The notes under the pieces are model-generated. The model was not told the DNA's origin and did not search any database. It was given only the letters and a program-made list of their open reading frames with translations. DNA of 49,253 bases, the filler included, from Stramenopiles sp. TOSAG23-2 (taxonomy: Eukaryota): assembly GCA_900128395.1 (NCBI GenBank). It is 2 parts of 2 records of this genome, joined end to end, with 100 filler letters (N's around TTAATTAATTAA, not from the genome) between each part and the next. Parts side by side here need not be neighbours in the genome. Positions count along the whole stretch, not along the records: positions 1 to 24,592 come from LT649462.1; 1 more part is not named here. The stretch is one strand, 5' to 3'. The translations under genes were made by a program, and so were the position numbers. Below are positions 12,030 to 24,692 of the stretch, piece after piece. Each line of letters starts with the position of its first letter. Position 1 is the stretch's first letter.

Positions 12030-13560
12030 ATGACAACACCAAAACCATCACCACATTTATTACCAGCACCACCACCACCAACACCAATTGCTATAGATTT
12101 ATTATCATCCACCTCATTATTGCATCATGATTCCAACTCTGCTTCCACGAATAATTCATCCTCGTTATTTTCATTGTCGTCCAATTTAGTTGTTGGTGAC
12201 ATACGTTTTCCTTCATTAGTAGAACGTGCGTGTGATGTAATATTAAAACAACGAAACCATCCAAGTATTGGTTTTTCCGAAGATATTATTAAGTTATTAC
12301 CTTTTAATTTAATTGATATTATGTTTCAACGTTTAATAGCTCGTGGAGAAATGACGGATGCTTTATTTTTAGCATTATTGCGTCCTCGTGACCGTGGTAA
12401 ATTGCATTTGCGTGGATGTCATTATTTACGTAAATCAGTTTTAAGACAAGCGATATTTTACTGCCATCGTTTAGTATCTTTAGATTTAGGACAATGTTAT
12501 CAAGTAAATAATAATGTATTACGTGCTGTTTTGCAAAATACACCAAAATTAAAAGTATGTTCCTGCTATTGAATATATATATATATAAACATACATACAC
12601 ACACACACACACATCATCATCATCATCATCATTATCATCTAAAAACAATAACATGCATAACATAGATCACAAAACGTTTCCATTTTTATTTATTTTTACA
12701 CACAATGAATATATCTAACAACAAAATTATTACAATCCTATTAGACACTTCGTGTAGATGATTGTAAGCAACTATCAGATGCTGCTTTTCAACAAGATTT
12801 ATCTATTTTTTCAACGTTAAGTGGTTTAATTTCATTAGAAGAATTAAACATATCTGGATGTAATCAAATTTCTGATAGTGTATTAACATGGTTAGCCAAA
12901 TTTTCTTCGAATCTACGAATTTTAATCATGGCTAGATGTAAAAGTGTTACACATGTAGGTGTACAAGATGTATTATATTCATCTGCTTCATTACAAACAT
13001 TAAATGTTAGTTTTTGCCCACAAGTGAATGATGATGCATTTAAAATTTTAGGAAAAATGAAACGATATAATTTAACAAGTGTATATGCTGATAATTGCAA
13101 TATAGGTGATAAAACATTGGATTGTATTGCATATGGATGTAAATATTTAAAAAATGCTACTTTTCGTTGGTGTCATGGTGTCACTGATAAGGGTGTGACG
13201 CTATTAGCAAAAGGATGTCAAGAAATTGAAGCAATTGATATATCAAGTTGCTATGAAGTAACGGATACAGCAGTTGATGCACTTAGTAAATCATGTGTAT
13301 CGTTAAAATCATTATCAGTATCATTTTGTTCTAAAGTAACACATGAAAGTTTACGACATGCAGAGAAATTTACAAAGTTACAATCTTTTGAAACAACTTG
13401 GTGTGGTAATGTAAGAACAAAGAGAAGAGATAATAAAAATAATGATGATAATGATGATGATAGTACGACTCGTAATAGTAATAGAAAAGGTGGTGATGGA
13501 AAAGAGAAAGAAGAGGGGGGAAATGTGTTGTATAATGGTGATAATATTATTCAAAAATAA
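12030..13560 (+). CDS. Leucine-rich repeat protein (cysteine-containing LRR_CC / FBXL-AMN1-like); exons 12030-12554 and 12745-13560
   Basis: Repeats of the LxxLxLxxCxxVTD type. Splicing restores the frame (TPKLK|TLRVDDCKQLSDAAF) and continues into ORF 12928. Confidence 0.85.
12555..12744 (+). other. Spliceosomal GT-AG intron, phase 0, 190 nt
   Basis: Donor GTATGT at 12555, branch-like CTAAC at 12715-12719 and acceptor TTAG ending 12744. The interior carries microsatellites and in-frame stops. Confidence 0.85.
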
Positions 13561-13912
13561 CTGTGAAACAAAAACAATGAAGTAAAAATATCTTTAAAAT
13601 ACATAATATATATATGCATACGAGTATGAAAAATGATTTTTTCTTAAAAAAAAAATTACGACCGTACATATATACGAGTATATATCATGTACGAAGTATA
13701 TGCTCTACGTATACGAGATTTCGAAATATACGAGTCGTATATTTTCTATAAAAAAATATATATATTTTTTTTTTATAAATTTTAAAATAAAATTTTTATA
13801 TTTCAAGTGTATGATATTTTGAATAGACACACCCGCACGTAAAATCATTTTTTATATCTCATTTAATAATGCTATAAAATATACGCCACCACACACACAC
13901 ACAAAAATCTGT

Positions 13913-14806
13913 TTATCTTTTCTTTTTCTTGTTATCCCCATTTCCACCACCATTTAATAACTTGATAACTTGATTTAAAACTAATTTAGCCCAGTAAAGT
14001 TGAAGACATGTTAACGACGTTGATGCACCTAAAATCATCCATAACATATTTGCTTTTGATTTATTAACAACATATGGTTGTTTTTGTAACAATTCCATAA
14101 TGTCTGGCACCAACATTGTAGCATAGACATAAGGAAAGTACATTGCTCGCATTAAGATAAACAACACAGCAAATAAGATTCTAGAAATTTCATTTATTTT
14201 TGATAATATTGCACTTGATTTCGTCAAAGCTTCAAAATGCTTTGGGTGGAAAAAATCTACAATTGCCAAAGGTATTGAAGATAGTTCACAAAATCCAAAG
14301 AAGAATAAATAATAATACGACGTTAAATGAAACATGCCAATATATCCTACATAGGCCATGATCACATGATGAGCTAACATTATCATATCACCTTTCATGG
14401 ATGTTACCAAACCAAATCCACACGGTATATCCCACGTTAAAAGTTGCCCTAGCGTAACTGCACCCAGCCACCTGGCAGTTGAGTTTGGATCAAATATACG
14501 TTCATTTGCGGTACCAGGTTTCGTTGATTGTATCCATTCTGTACCTCCGACGAAAAACAATAACAACATGTTATACATAGCAACAAATTGATGTGCAGCA
14601 AATCCACTGTCTTTAGCAATTATTTTATTTCCAAATAGTTTGCATATTTGTGAAATAAGTAAATGTGTAGTGATTGCTAATAACCCAGAGAATACAGCAG
14701 CATTATATGCTGATTCCATTGACGGACAAGAGAAGCTTAAAAAATCATTTAATGCATCATTAAATTGAAAATTTTTTAAAGTGGATATTAATGTTGGATT
14801 TGCCAT
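13913..14806 (-). CDS. TLC (TRAM/LAG1/CLN8) domain membrane protein
   Basis: Multiple hydrophobic helices with TLC motifs MLAHH, ELSSIPL, FAVLFILMR and LQLYW. Confidence 0.85.
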   Translation of the reverse strand: MANPTLISTLKNFQFNDALNDFLSFSCPSMESAYNAAVFSGLLAITTHLLISQICKLFGNKIIAKDSGFAAHQFVAMYNMLLLFFVGGTEWIQSTKPGTANERIFDPNSTARWLGAVTLGQLLTWDIPCGFGLVTSMKGDMIMLAHHVIMAYVGYIGMFHLTSYYYLFFFGFCELSSIPLAIVDFFHPKHFEALTKSSAILSKINEISRILFAVLFILMRAMYFPYVYATMLVPDIMELLQKQPYVVNKSKANMLWMILGASTSLTCLQLYWAKLVLNQVIKLLNGGGNGDNKKKKR

Positions 14807-15411
14807 GATTATTAATAAATAATGATGAATTTTTTTTCTATGTCTAATCTCTTTCTATAAGTATATATATATATATGAAAAATAAAAAAAATAAAATATT
14901 ATGTTTCTATTTACTATACATCTTAATGAATTATTAAATTTTACAGGTGTACAAGAAGTAAGTGTACAACCACAAAAAGAAGCACTTCGTATTTTGTTAT
15001 TATACCTTAAAACCTTTTGTGCTCGCCAGTTTAAGGATATCCATATTTCAGCTATTAAAAACACAAAACCAGATTGTATATTCTATCAAGTACATATATT
15101 TACTGTATAAATTTTTATAACACAAATCGAGGCGATGTAAAAGCTAAAAAACTGGGTGTGTGAAAAAGATGATGAAAGGGGAGTGGATCACGTGTGCACG
15201 TCGGTTCTCTTTTTTTTGACAAAAAAAAACATAATAATAATGTTAAGAAAATATAATATATATAAACATCATCCACATTAAACTACAATAATCTTCTGTT
15301 TCTTTCATTGTCTTCATTCACGAACTAAACGTCATATATCAGTGAAATAGATATATTACAAATTATATATAATTATATTAGTATATATATATATATACGC
15401 GCACATACACC

Positions 15412-15921
15412 ATGCGATTCAATATGAAAAACTTACTCTTTCTATTTGTGGTATTTTCCATCGTAATTCATTTGATTGTACATGTTGTTCATGCTGGTCC
15501 GCCAGATTTAACTGGGCCTAAAATTCCACGTGCAGAATTGCATGGGATATATCCAGAACATGGTCCAGTTGGACATGATATTAAAATTACATTAAGTGGA
15601 AAGTATTTCACACAGGAATATGGTGTTGGTGTATTGCGATGTAAGTTTAAATATCTATCAAATCAATCAAATATACGTGAGGTAGTTGCACTAGCTAGAA
15701 GAACGACTGGTGGTTGTATTGTTACATCAAATAGTTTACATTATCAAACATGTACATCATCACAAGCTACATGCATCATCCCAAAAGTATATTTAAATGA
15801 ACGTGTTGCTGTAAGTATAACGAATGATTATAATTTGGATTATTCGTTGCGTTTTTACAATAATTTGAAGCACATGGATTCTTCCCCTGATTTCTCGCCT
15901 GCCATTTTTCACAAATTATAA
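15412..15921 (+). CDS. Secreted protein with a single IPT/TIG-like domain
   Basis: Hydrophobic N-terminal signal, then IYPEHGPVGHDIKITLSGKYF..CKF..CIIP..VAVSITND, which matches the IPT/TIG pattern. Confidence 0.7.
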   Translation: MRFNMKNLLFLFVVFSIVIHLIVHVVHAGPPDLTGPKIPRAELHGIYPEHGPVGHDIKITLSGKYFTQEYGVGVLRCKFKYLSNQSNIREVVALARRTTGGCIVTSNSLHYQTCTSSQATCIIPKVYLNERVAVSITNDYNLDYSLRFYNNLKHMDSSPDFSPAIFHKL

Positions 15922-16803
15922 TACTTGAATTGTGTATGTGTACGTGTATATATATACTTGGATGTGATGTGTATTAAATATTATATTATCACGATAACAT
16001 ATATGTCATATATATCCTGTATGTACAAAATGTATCCTTTGTATTTTTTTATCTTCTGTATAATTATTGCACTATTCATAAATTTAGACAAAAAAAAAAA
16101 AAATAAAAAAAAATAGATAATATTAAGGTTTTCCCGAAGTAAAGCGAACATTATTTCCGCATCAAGTACAACAAAATGTATACTAACTGGTTAGAAATAG
16201 GATTGAAGTCTTTCACATCAAATGCAAAAACACCACGGTTAAATTTGTCATGTATTTAAAACGTGCATACGATACAAATAGCATTATATTGTAAAAACGG
16301 CCACCATCGTTATTCTGATCGATATTATAGAGGCCGTACCATTGAACTTCGAAAAAATATATAAACATTGTTCAAATATATACATATATTATACTATTGA
16401 TATATACATTTCATTAGTGTCAGACAGAAACAAAACTCATTCATTTTGAAAGAGAAGAAAATATAGTTGTGTACCCGTAAGTTATACGTAATAATTTTAC
16501 ACTTCTCGTATTAAGTAATATGATATGATATGCTCAATACTCAATCACAAGAATAATATGCTATATTCTACTATATAGTAAAGCTCTAATGCACCTCTGC
16601 AAACTAATATTCGTATTCGTACACTCCACAAGCACAAGTAGGTTTTTATCCTTCCATTCGTTTGTTGATATGATACCATCTATCATATGAATATCAGTAT
16701 TTACCTTCATCTTGGTATTCTCTAATTTATGTCAGTATATTATGATTTATAAAAATGTGAAAATATTTTTTTATTAATTTTACATATCATTAAGATTCTT
16801 TGA

Positions 16804-18201
16804 TCAAAATCGACTCTTAAATAACATTATTTTTTCTTTACAATTTGAATCCATTTTATTTTTACCACTTCCTAATACATTACAATATTTTTCTATGACA
16901 TTTATATAGCTTTTCATCTGTAAAATATATTTCGCGACATTACCATCTGATAACGTTTTTAAATGCAAATTGCTTTCATTAATTAAATTTAAATGATATT
17001 CAACACGTGGTAATAAACATTTATTTAATATATTAGCTAATGCTTTACTATCGAAACTAAATTCTGAAAACCATGAACGGTTTTCTACTTGATACATACT
17101 AGCAGTAGTCGTAGCAGCATCATCAAACGAAAACAACATTGGATCAAATTCCAACATATCTCTTTTAATTAATGGTATACAAAAATCTACCATGCTAATT
17201 TCAGCATATGTTTGCGTATATTCAAATGGGTATTGTTTTTTCCATTCATTGAAAAATGTTTTAATATTTTTTATGTTATCAAATGGTTTGATAAATAACA
17301 TATCAATTGTACAAGCTGCTTGCAATAAAAAGTTTTTACGACTAGAATATAATTTTGCAGGTGGTGGAAGTGGCAATAAAGTTGATGCTGATCCATTCGC
17401 CATAGAAGATACATCATTGTTGATAACATTATTATTATTATTATTGTTGATGATACTAGTATGAAATTGATCTTTCCATATACCATCTTGTACAAGATAC
17501 ATTTGTTCAATTTTATCAACAATATCTTTATAACTTTGCACTGCATTTAATATCATTGTTTTACAATTTATGAAGAAATTATTTTTTTTACTTAACGTAT
17601 TATCTAAATCTTTCGAACTTTCTATATCTTGCATTAAATTTTCCTCTTCTTTTTCAATTTCGACTAATTTTCTTTGTGTTTTTAAGTATTTTTCTTTTCG
17701 ATATTCAATACTATTTATTAAAATTTTCAAACTTTCTTCTAATGAAATTGGTATAAATTCTTTATCGTTGCTAAATAATTCTTCATTTTCCGCCTTTTCT
17801 TTTTCTACTTGTTTCTTATTTAATTCAATTAATTTTTTCTCTTTTTTCTTTCTCTTCTTTGGTTTCTTATTATTAACATTATTATTATTATTATTATTAC
17901 CTTCTGGTTTGATTTTATTATTATTATTTTGACGTTGTTGTTGATTTAATTTAGAAGTTATTGTGCGGTTTGATGATGCAAATAATCCTTTTTTCTTTGC
18001 TGTAGATTGCTTTCTTCTTTTACTTTGCAATTTTTTAAAAATCAAGTCGTCATCATCATCCTCTTCTTCTTTATCTTGATCAACAATATTCTCTACAATT
18101 TTATCATTATTTGTTATTACATTATTATTATTATCAATAACATTATTATTATTTCTAATTATTATATTTTTATTCTTTCTTTTCCTTTTCCTAAATGCCA
18201 T
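16804..18201 (-). CDS. GCFC-domain protein (PAXBP1/GCFC2-like splicing-associated factor)
   Basis: FNEWKKQYPFEYTQTY...PLIKRDMLEFDP resembles the GCFC core F..W...Y...Y..AY...P.VR.ELL.WDP. The N-terminus MAFRKRKR is basic. Confidence 0.7.
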   Translation of the reverse strand: MAFRKRKRKNKNIIIRNNNNVIDNNNNVITNNDKIVENIVDQDKEEEDDDDDLIFKKLQSKRRKQSTAKKKGLFASSNRTITSKLNQQQRQNNNNKIKPEGNNNNNNNVNNKKPKKRKKKEKKLIELNKKQVEKEKAENEELFSNDKEFIPISLEESLKILINSIEYRKEKYLKTQRKLVEIEKEEENLMQDIESSKDLDNTLSKKNNFFINCKTMILNAVQSYKDIVDKIEQMYLVQDGIWKDQFHTSIINNNNNNNVINNDVSSMANGSASTLLPLPPPAKLYSSRKNFLLQAACTIDMLFIKPFDNIKNIKTFFNEWKKQYPFEYTQTYAEISMVDFCIPLIKRDMLEFDPMLFSFDDAATTTASMYQVENRSWFSEFSFDSKALANILNKCLLPRVEYHLNLINESNLHLKTLSDGNVAKYILQMKSYINVIEKYCNVLGSGKNKMDSNCKEKIMLFKSRF

Positions 18202-18802
18202 TGTGTTTTATATATATATGTATATATCTACGAATATAATTTGTGTATCAAAGGAAATAAGAGTAGAGAAAAGCAGGAACAGAAAGAAGAAATAAAGATA
18301 TAGGTTATATCTATATAAGATATATATGTATGTATGCTTACAAAACAACAACAACATCTTATTAATAACAAATAACAAAACAATTCAACCATTCTAACTT
18401 CATACCTGTAATGTACATTTAACATTTATTTCCGGTTTATAAATTTTTTGATCCTTAAAAAAAACTCTGAGGCACACAGATATTTTTAAGGTATTAATAT
18501 TTTAATAACAGATTATAGTACGAATAATTCAATATTAAATTAAAATCTGATACTGATGGGATACATTCGTCTGTGATGAATTATTATTTCGAAATTTAAA
18601 ATTATATATATCGAAGTATCCAAAATGTATCATTATACTACCCCTCTGATTGGAAAGAAGAATATAATAACATAGATATATATTTTACGGCGACAATAAA
18701 TATTATTTAACAGATTTATATAACCTATATAAATCTTACAAATACACATTATAATCAATATTGTACAAGAAAGAAACACACACACACACAAATATTATAT
18801 AC

Positions 18803-19321
18803 ATGTCAAATAATCAACAAGAAGAAAATGAAGAAATAAAAAAACGTCGTCCATCACCTTTACGAATAGAAATATTAAAAGAGGACTCACGTAATAATAA
18901 TAACACAGTGAAAGAACCATCAACACCTTTGTCCTCCGAGCACTTTGAATATAGCACATATCGTACACGATATAATTGGTTTGTAAATAAAGAATCATCG
19001 AATTATACACCATCATCTCCAGAACCAAATACAAAAGTTTTTAAAGATAATAAAGATAATTGTATGATAGCAACAAATTATACAAAATACTTAATTAAAC
19101 CACGTTCATCGAAATCAAAATTTAATTTGACACAAATGAAAAATGAAACAAATTACAGGACAACATATCGTAGAAAATTGGATACAACATGGTATACAAC
19201 TGTACATGTATGGTCAAACAACGCACGTTCTCCTTCATTATCACCAATACGCAAAGTGAAAACAATTAAAGGTCTTCAATTAACAAATATAAGTCCTAGA
19301 CGATTTTCTTTAGGTCGGTAA
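18803..19321 (+). CDS. Hypothetical Ser/Pro/Arg-rich protein
   Basis: Open frame from the ATG at 18803 (MSNNQQ); no family recognised. Confidence 0.55.
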   Translation: MSNNQQEENEEIKKRRPSPLRIEILKEDSRNNNNTVKEPSTPLSSEHFEYSTYRTRYNWFVNKESSNYTPSSPEPNTKVFKDNKDNCMIATNYTKYLIKPRSSKSKFNLTQMKNETNYRTTYRRKLDTTWYTTVHVWSNNARSPSLSPIRKVKTIKGLQLTNISPRRFSLGR

Positions 19322-19615
19322 AAGATATGTATATAGATATCAAATATTTTAATAATGACATGTACTAACGCCCAGAAGAAAAAAAAGAGCCCTTGTTGTG
19401 TGTATTATATGTGCGGGGTGTATTCCACAAGAAGATGTTAAAAATAAATCTCTAGTGTATCTATAATATCTATTTTTTATGGACACATGTTATTATAATT
19501 ATATTTTATGTACACACGTAAAAGTAATTGTCCCCTAAAACATTTTGTTGGTACAAAGTTCGAGTGCAGCTACACACGTTCATTTTATTATACAGTAGTT
19601 TACAACGATGAATCA

Positions 19616-20506
19616 CTACTTTTTTAACTCAGGGACTTTAAATTTTTTATGTTTCGACAATGGCATTTTAGATCGAATAGAACTTAAATAATCTAAATCC
19701 AATTCTGCAAATGCAAAAGTTCCACCATTCATATTATCATGATTTGTTCCTGGGCATTGTGATATAATTTCACCCCATGGATCAATAATTATTGCATGCC
19801 CGTAACTTGTACGTCCTGGATTTTCATTATGTTGTCCCACTTGAGCAGCGGCAATGACAAAACTTTGGGTCTCAATTGCTCTACAACGTAGTATAATTTC
19901 CCAATGTGCCATACCCGTTTTTACAGTAAATGCGGACGGCATAAGTAAGATTTCTGCACCTGCTGCAACTAAATTTTGATATAACGATGGGAAACGCATA
20001 TCGTAACATGTTGATACTCCTAAATTTACACCGTCAATACATGTTGTATCTACTACGATCTCTTGACCAGCTGTTGTAAAGCTTGATTCCATTAAATTGC
20101 CAGCTGGATAGTCAAATAAATGCATCTTCCGGTAAATTGATGAAACTTTACCACTTGGAGTAATAATTAAATGTGTATTGTATACTTTACCTGGTTCAAT
20201 TTTTGATATTTCCGGGAATCCACCTAACGATAATCCAACTTTCAATTCGTTTGCCAGATTACAATATTTTTCTATTGATGGAAATGTATTTTTCGCTTCG
20301 TTAAACTCTTCCGCAACATCAATTGATTTTTTTTTCGCATCCCCAATAAAATGAAAACATTCAGGTAGACAAATTAACTTTGATCCAAGTTTTGCTGCTT
20401 CTTTAATTAAACTAGAACAAATTTCAAAATTGCGCTTTCTATCAGTTGTTGCAGTGAATTGTACACATGCAACTTTTAATTTTCCTCTTGCAACAATACT
20501 TGCCAT
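19616..20506 (-). CDS. NIT1: Carbon-nitrogen hydrolase, NIT1-like (deaminated glutathione amidase)
   Basis: Catalytic E-K-C motifs LPECF, YRKMHLFD and CYDMRFP, plus PSAFTVKTGMAHWEIILRCRAIETQ and SYGHA. Confidence 0.9.
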   Translation of the reverse strand: MASIVARGKLKVACVQFTATTDRKRNFEICSSLIKEAAKLGSKLICLPECFHFIGDAKKKSIDVAEEFNEAKNTFPSIEKYCNLANELKVGLSLGGFPEISKIEPGKVYNTHLIITPSGKVSSIYRKMHLFDYPAGNLMESSFTTAGQEIVVDTTCIDGVNLGVSTCYDMRFPSLYQNLVAAGAEILLMPSAFTVKTGMAHWEIILRCRAIETQSFVIAAAQVGQHNENPGRTSYGHAIIIDPWGEIISQCPGTNHDNMNGGTFAFAELDLDYLSSIRSKMPLSKHKKFKVPELKK

Positions 20507-20821
20507 AATTTATTCCTGCATATTATATTCTTATGACGTTTGCTGCATTACTATGATTTTCTATTTGGTTATAATACCATGATGATGGGTAATACAAAGT
20601 AAAAGAAGAAGAGAGAAGAAGAGACCATCATTCATACTATACTGGAATATAATAAATAACTCAGAATTTACTAATACAAAAACTCATAAAATGCAGAATA
20701 ATATCAAATAGACTAATAGAAAAGAGATACCACCAGATAAATATACAACATATATCTTCTGTGTGTATTTGTGTGTGTAATAATAGAAACAAGGTATATA
20801 TATATATATATTTATAGAAAC

Positions 20822-23617
20822 ATGAGTAGATCCTCTTCTTTCAATAAACGTACAGAATGTATAAAACAATTGAAAAATATTATTGATAATATCATTGTAA
20901 ATCAGAAGAGTGGAAAAAATAACATTAGTAGTAATAATAATAATAATAATAATAATACGATACATAATATTGAACCTGTAAAAAAGGCTATAACATCATT
21001 GTTACAAGTCGCTTCAGAATTGACATTCAATGAAATTGGTGACTTTAAAGAATATATATCACTTTTAGAAATACTTTTAGGACCCATTTTGCATGAATAT
21101 TATGCATTTTTCAATGAAGATTTTAAGCGAAATATTTTTGATTCATTTTTTTTACCAATACACGATAACGGTAATGATGGAATCGCTTCCATAACATTGT
21201 GTTTCATGGGATATGCAAATAATTTCAAATCTTGTATTGAAACAAATATCAGTAACAACAGTGATGAGATAGATAAAACATACATTGCAACAGAATTATC
21301 ACGATTATTTCAAAAAAGTTTTTACAATAATAATAGTAACACAGATAACAAATTACATGTTTTATTTCAATCAATTTTAAAAATTAATGATCAAATTTTT
21401 CTAAAGCAATTTTTAAATAATATCATGTCAATGCCGGATAGAGTATGTACGTTATTAGTAAAAAGTAAGAAGACGCCGTATATTTTTTTTCCAAAGAATT
21501 ATTTTGATTGGGTGATCGATTCATTTCTATCGTTTTTATTTGTAACGAACATACCAGATATTGATTGGAAAAATACAATATCCAATATGTTTACGAAATT
21601 TATAACAAATGGGTATACGACTAAAATAGTTCAATGTTTAATGAAACAATGTTTACAAAATCATGAATTATTTATTAACAGCAGTACAAAAGATACATTA
21701 TTGATGACAAAAAGAAAACAGTTCCTATCCAAATTTAGTCAATTGATATCTTGTATGGAATTAAAAATATTGTATAAATTTTTGAAAGAATTGCTTGTAC
21801 TAACATATGACGACGATGAAATACATAATAGTAATATCAATAATAATAGTACCAGCGAAAATAACAGTATGATGATGAAGAAGAAGAAGAAAAAGGTACA
21901 ATTGTATGAATACATTTATTATCAAGTAATAAAACCAATTTTAATGAATAATAATGATATCTTATATATGTTTCAGAAACAAATCTTATTGAATCAAGTC
22001 ATTGGTAAAGATGGCTCGAAATTTTGTATTAAATTATTATGTATTCCATGCGATAAAGAAAAGAGTCAGAACAAAAAACGTTCAATTCATACAATGACTA
22101 CATTTCATGTACTTGTGAAATTATGGTCGGATTCTTCCTTCATTTATAATAGTGATTATCAACAACATTTGCACATTACAAAACTGTTGATGTATATATT
22201 GGAATGGATTACAGGGAAAGATTTAGAAGAGTATTCAACATTACAATTATTGCTTAGCGGGGTTCAGGATCATATGGAAGCTGAACTTCCGAAAAAATCT
22301 AAATTAGGAATGCTAGTTGCACGAAAATTTTCAAAAATATTAAGTATGATGGATTCACTCGATTTTAAAGAAAGCTTAACAACGGAGGATACAAGCATAG
22401 ATAGTGATATTGAACAAGATATTGAGATTCCATCGGAAGCGTTTGACAATATAAACAGTGCATTTCGTAACAATAGTAAGTTTCAAACATCAGAAAAATC
22501 GCTGCAAGCACCACAACGGCAAGCTGATATAGAATCAGATAGCGATGATGAAAGTGAGGATTCTTCCTCTGATGAAGATGATGGATTAATTCCATATGAT
22601 ATATCAAACGAAACGGAAACTTTAATGTCAGCGAAAAATGAAATTATAAAAACACCATTGTACATAGTCGATTGCATTAAAGGATTGACAGCAAAGGATG
22701 ATTTCAATTTATATAACATATCATTAGAACATTTAGAAAAGGTTATCAAGCGCAAAGACCGTGGGTTAAAATTTTATGGAATTCAATTATGCAATCTTTT
22801 ATTACGAATGGATAATAAATACAATTTAGAGACGTTTGATGAAATTAGAAGCAATGCATTAATCAGTTTATTAGTATCTATACCAGAAATTGTTGTAGAA
22901 TACTTGACACAAGAATTTTTTCGTGTAGATTATGGTTTGACACATCGACACTTGATGTTAAACACATTATTAGAAGGTGCCAAACAATTATCCAACATAC
23001 AAGAAACAAAAGGGTTAAAACAAACAGGATTAAATGGTAATAATGCTGATGACGCATTTATAACAGAGAAAAAATTATTTGATGGAACATTAGTTAAAAC
23101 ATATAAATCAACGAAACCAACTATTGGTAAAGTAGTAAAACGATTTAAAACTACAAGTGCAGAACAACTCGATAAACTTCGAGGCAAGACGAATTTATTC
23201 AATAATTATGCTGGGTATTTTTTCTTTCCATTAGCATCTAGATACGATTATAAAGTTCGTACGCTTGATTTACTTGGTCGCGATTCGAGATTACTTGGAT
23301 CACTTTTATTTGTCCTAGGAACATTTGTTGAATTAGGTTGTAATTCTACAGTAGGTCCACAAATGGGTGCAACGATGTTGGAATTAGTAAATGCATTGAA
23401 GGAACATTCAAGCCATCAAATTCGAAGGTTTTTATTATATGCATTATCACGTGTAATGTTAAATATTAAATTACAATTATTGCAAACTTGGTTTGTTGGA
23501 TCGTTTGAAGATATTGGATCATGGTTGAAATATACAGCAGCAAAAGATAGTGATGATGAATGTAGAAAAAGAGCACTTGCGATAATAAAGTCAAATATAG
23601 TTCCATATACAAAGTGA
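20822..23617 (+). CDS. TELO2: Telomere length regulation protein TEL2 homolog (TTT co-chaperone)
   Basis: GVQDHME, an acidic DSDDE linker, then LIPYD..PLYIVDCI, YLTQEFF, NLFNNYAGYFFFPL and DLLGRD. The first ATG is at 20822. Confidence 0.88.
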   Translation: MSRSSSFNKRTECIKQLKNIIDNIIVNQKSGKNNISSNNNNNNNNTIHNIEPVKKAITSLLQVASELTFNEIGDFKEYISLLEILLGPILHEYYAFFNEDFKRNIFDSFFLPIHDNGNDGIASITLCFMGYANNFKSCIETNISNNSDEIDKTYIATELSRLFQKSFYNNNSNTDNKLHVLFQSILKINDQIFLKQFLNNIMSMPDRVCTLLVKSKKTPYIFFPKNYFDWVIDSFLSFLFVTNIPDIDWKNTISNMFTKFITNGYTTKIVQCLMKQCLQNHELFINSSTKDTLLMTKRKQFLSKFSQLISCMELKILYKFLKELLVLTYDDDEIHNSNINNNSTSENNSMMMKKKKKKVQLYEYIYYQVIKPILMNNNDILYMFQKQILLNQVIGKDGSKFCIKLLCIPCDKEKSQNKKRSIHTMTTFHVLVKLWSDSSFIYNSDYQQHLHITKLLMYILEWITGKDLEEYSTLQLLLSGVQDHMEAELPKKSKLGMLVARKFSKILSMMDSLDFKESLTTEDTSIDSDIEQDIEIPSEAFDNINSAFRNNSKFQTSEKSLQAPQRQADIESDSDDESEDSSSDEDDGLIPYDISNETETLMSAKNEIIKTPLYIVDCIKGLTAKDDFNLYNISLEHLEKVIKRKDRGLKFYGIQLCNLLLRMDNKYNLETFDEIRSNALISLLVSIPEIVVEYLTQEFFRVDYGLTHRHLMLNTLLEGAKQLSNIQETKGLKQTGLNGNNADDAFITEKKLFDGTLVKTYKSTKPTIGKVVKRFKTTSAEQLDKLRGKTNLFNNYAGYFFFPLASRYDYKVRTLDLLGRDSRLLGSLLFVLGTFVELGCNSTVGPQMGATMLELVNALKEHSSHQIRRFLLYALSRVMLNIKLQLLQTWFVGSFEDIGSWLKYTAAKDSDDECRKRALAIIKSNIVPYTK

Positions 23618-23985
23618 AATTATTATATAAATATTTAAATATTTATATAAAAACATATGATATGTACACATATTAAAAAGAAACTTTAAATAAAATTTTA
23701 AGATATTTGTCGTAAAATAATATAATATCAAAAAATATATTTTTATACGAAGTAATATTTCATACTTCGTATAGTAGCTTTATATATATATATAATATAT
23801 TACGTATTATTAATTTGACAAAAATTAATTTTTACGAGTATTTTTTTCATAGAGTTTATTTATAATTTATTTTATATAAAAAAATAAAAAATATTATTTT
23901 ATTATTTTCATATTGTAATGTGTTTTTCTTCTCTTCATATACAACATTCATTTTGCACAATTGCATAACACATATACAATACAAT

Positions 23986-24243
23986 CTATTTGGTACTAAT
24001 ATACAACACATTATTACCACGTATAAAACAATCTCCATACTTCTTTTTCAATTGCCCATTCACATACTCCTCCGTTTGCTCCATTGCAATATTCATAAAA
24101 CCATCTAAACAAGCTAATATTCCACGGTAAATAACACCATTATTTAATTTCACAACAACTGGGCGTCCAACTACTGTATTCAAAAAATCACGCGGGGTTC
24201 TTTTCACCACCGCTTTATTCGTATCCTCTACTATCGTCGCCAT
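23986..24243 (-). CDS. LSM6: U6 snRNA-associated Sm-like protein LSm6
   Basis: TPRDFL..VGRPVVVKLNNG..YRGILACLDGFMNIAMEQTEEYVNGQLKKKYGDCFIRGNNVLYIS is the LSm6 signature. Confidence 0.95.
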   Translation of the reverse strand: MATIVEDTNKAVVKRTPRDFLNTVVGRPVVVKLNNGVIYRGILACLDGFMNIAMEQTEEYVNGQLKKKYGDCFIRGNNVLYISTK

Positions 24244-24592
24244 TATAATCTTTTCCTTTTCTTAATCTTTTATTTGTGTATATATATATATATATGTGTA
24301 TGTATGTATTTGTGTATCTCTACAAATTATTATTATCTTACCGATTCTAGAGTGACCATTCATTGTTAGCGATACACACTTTACCAAACAATATTTCAAT
24401 TACTTACACCTGTTACAATGCAATACCATTACAACTCGCATATTTTCCTTCAAATTTCATCATTTTTAACATTTTCAACCTAAATTCTTATATTTCATTG
24501 TTATAATGATGGATTTTTCATTTCATTACATGAAAACAAAGGAAAAACATTGAAAATAGCTTTTTAAACTTAGGCTCCACTAGTATACCATT

Positions 24593-24692
24593 NNNNNNNN
24601 NNNNNNNNNNNNNNNNNNNNNNNNNNNNNNNNNNNNTTAATTAATTAANNNNNNNNNNNNNNNNNNNNNNNNNNNNNNNNNNNNNNNNNNNN
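24593..24692. other. Artificial contig linker (44 N + TTAATTAATTAA + 44 N)
   Basis: Symmetric N runs flank a 12-mer that places stops in all six frames; total length is exactly 100 bp. Confidence 0.95.

Noticed and set aside
24593-24692. TTAATTAATTAA between N runs as a biological motif, and adjacency of LSM6 to the tRNA/RT region
   Set aside because: It is a synthetic six-frame-stop linker, so the two flanks need not be neighbours in the genome.
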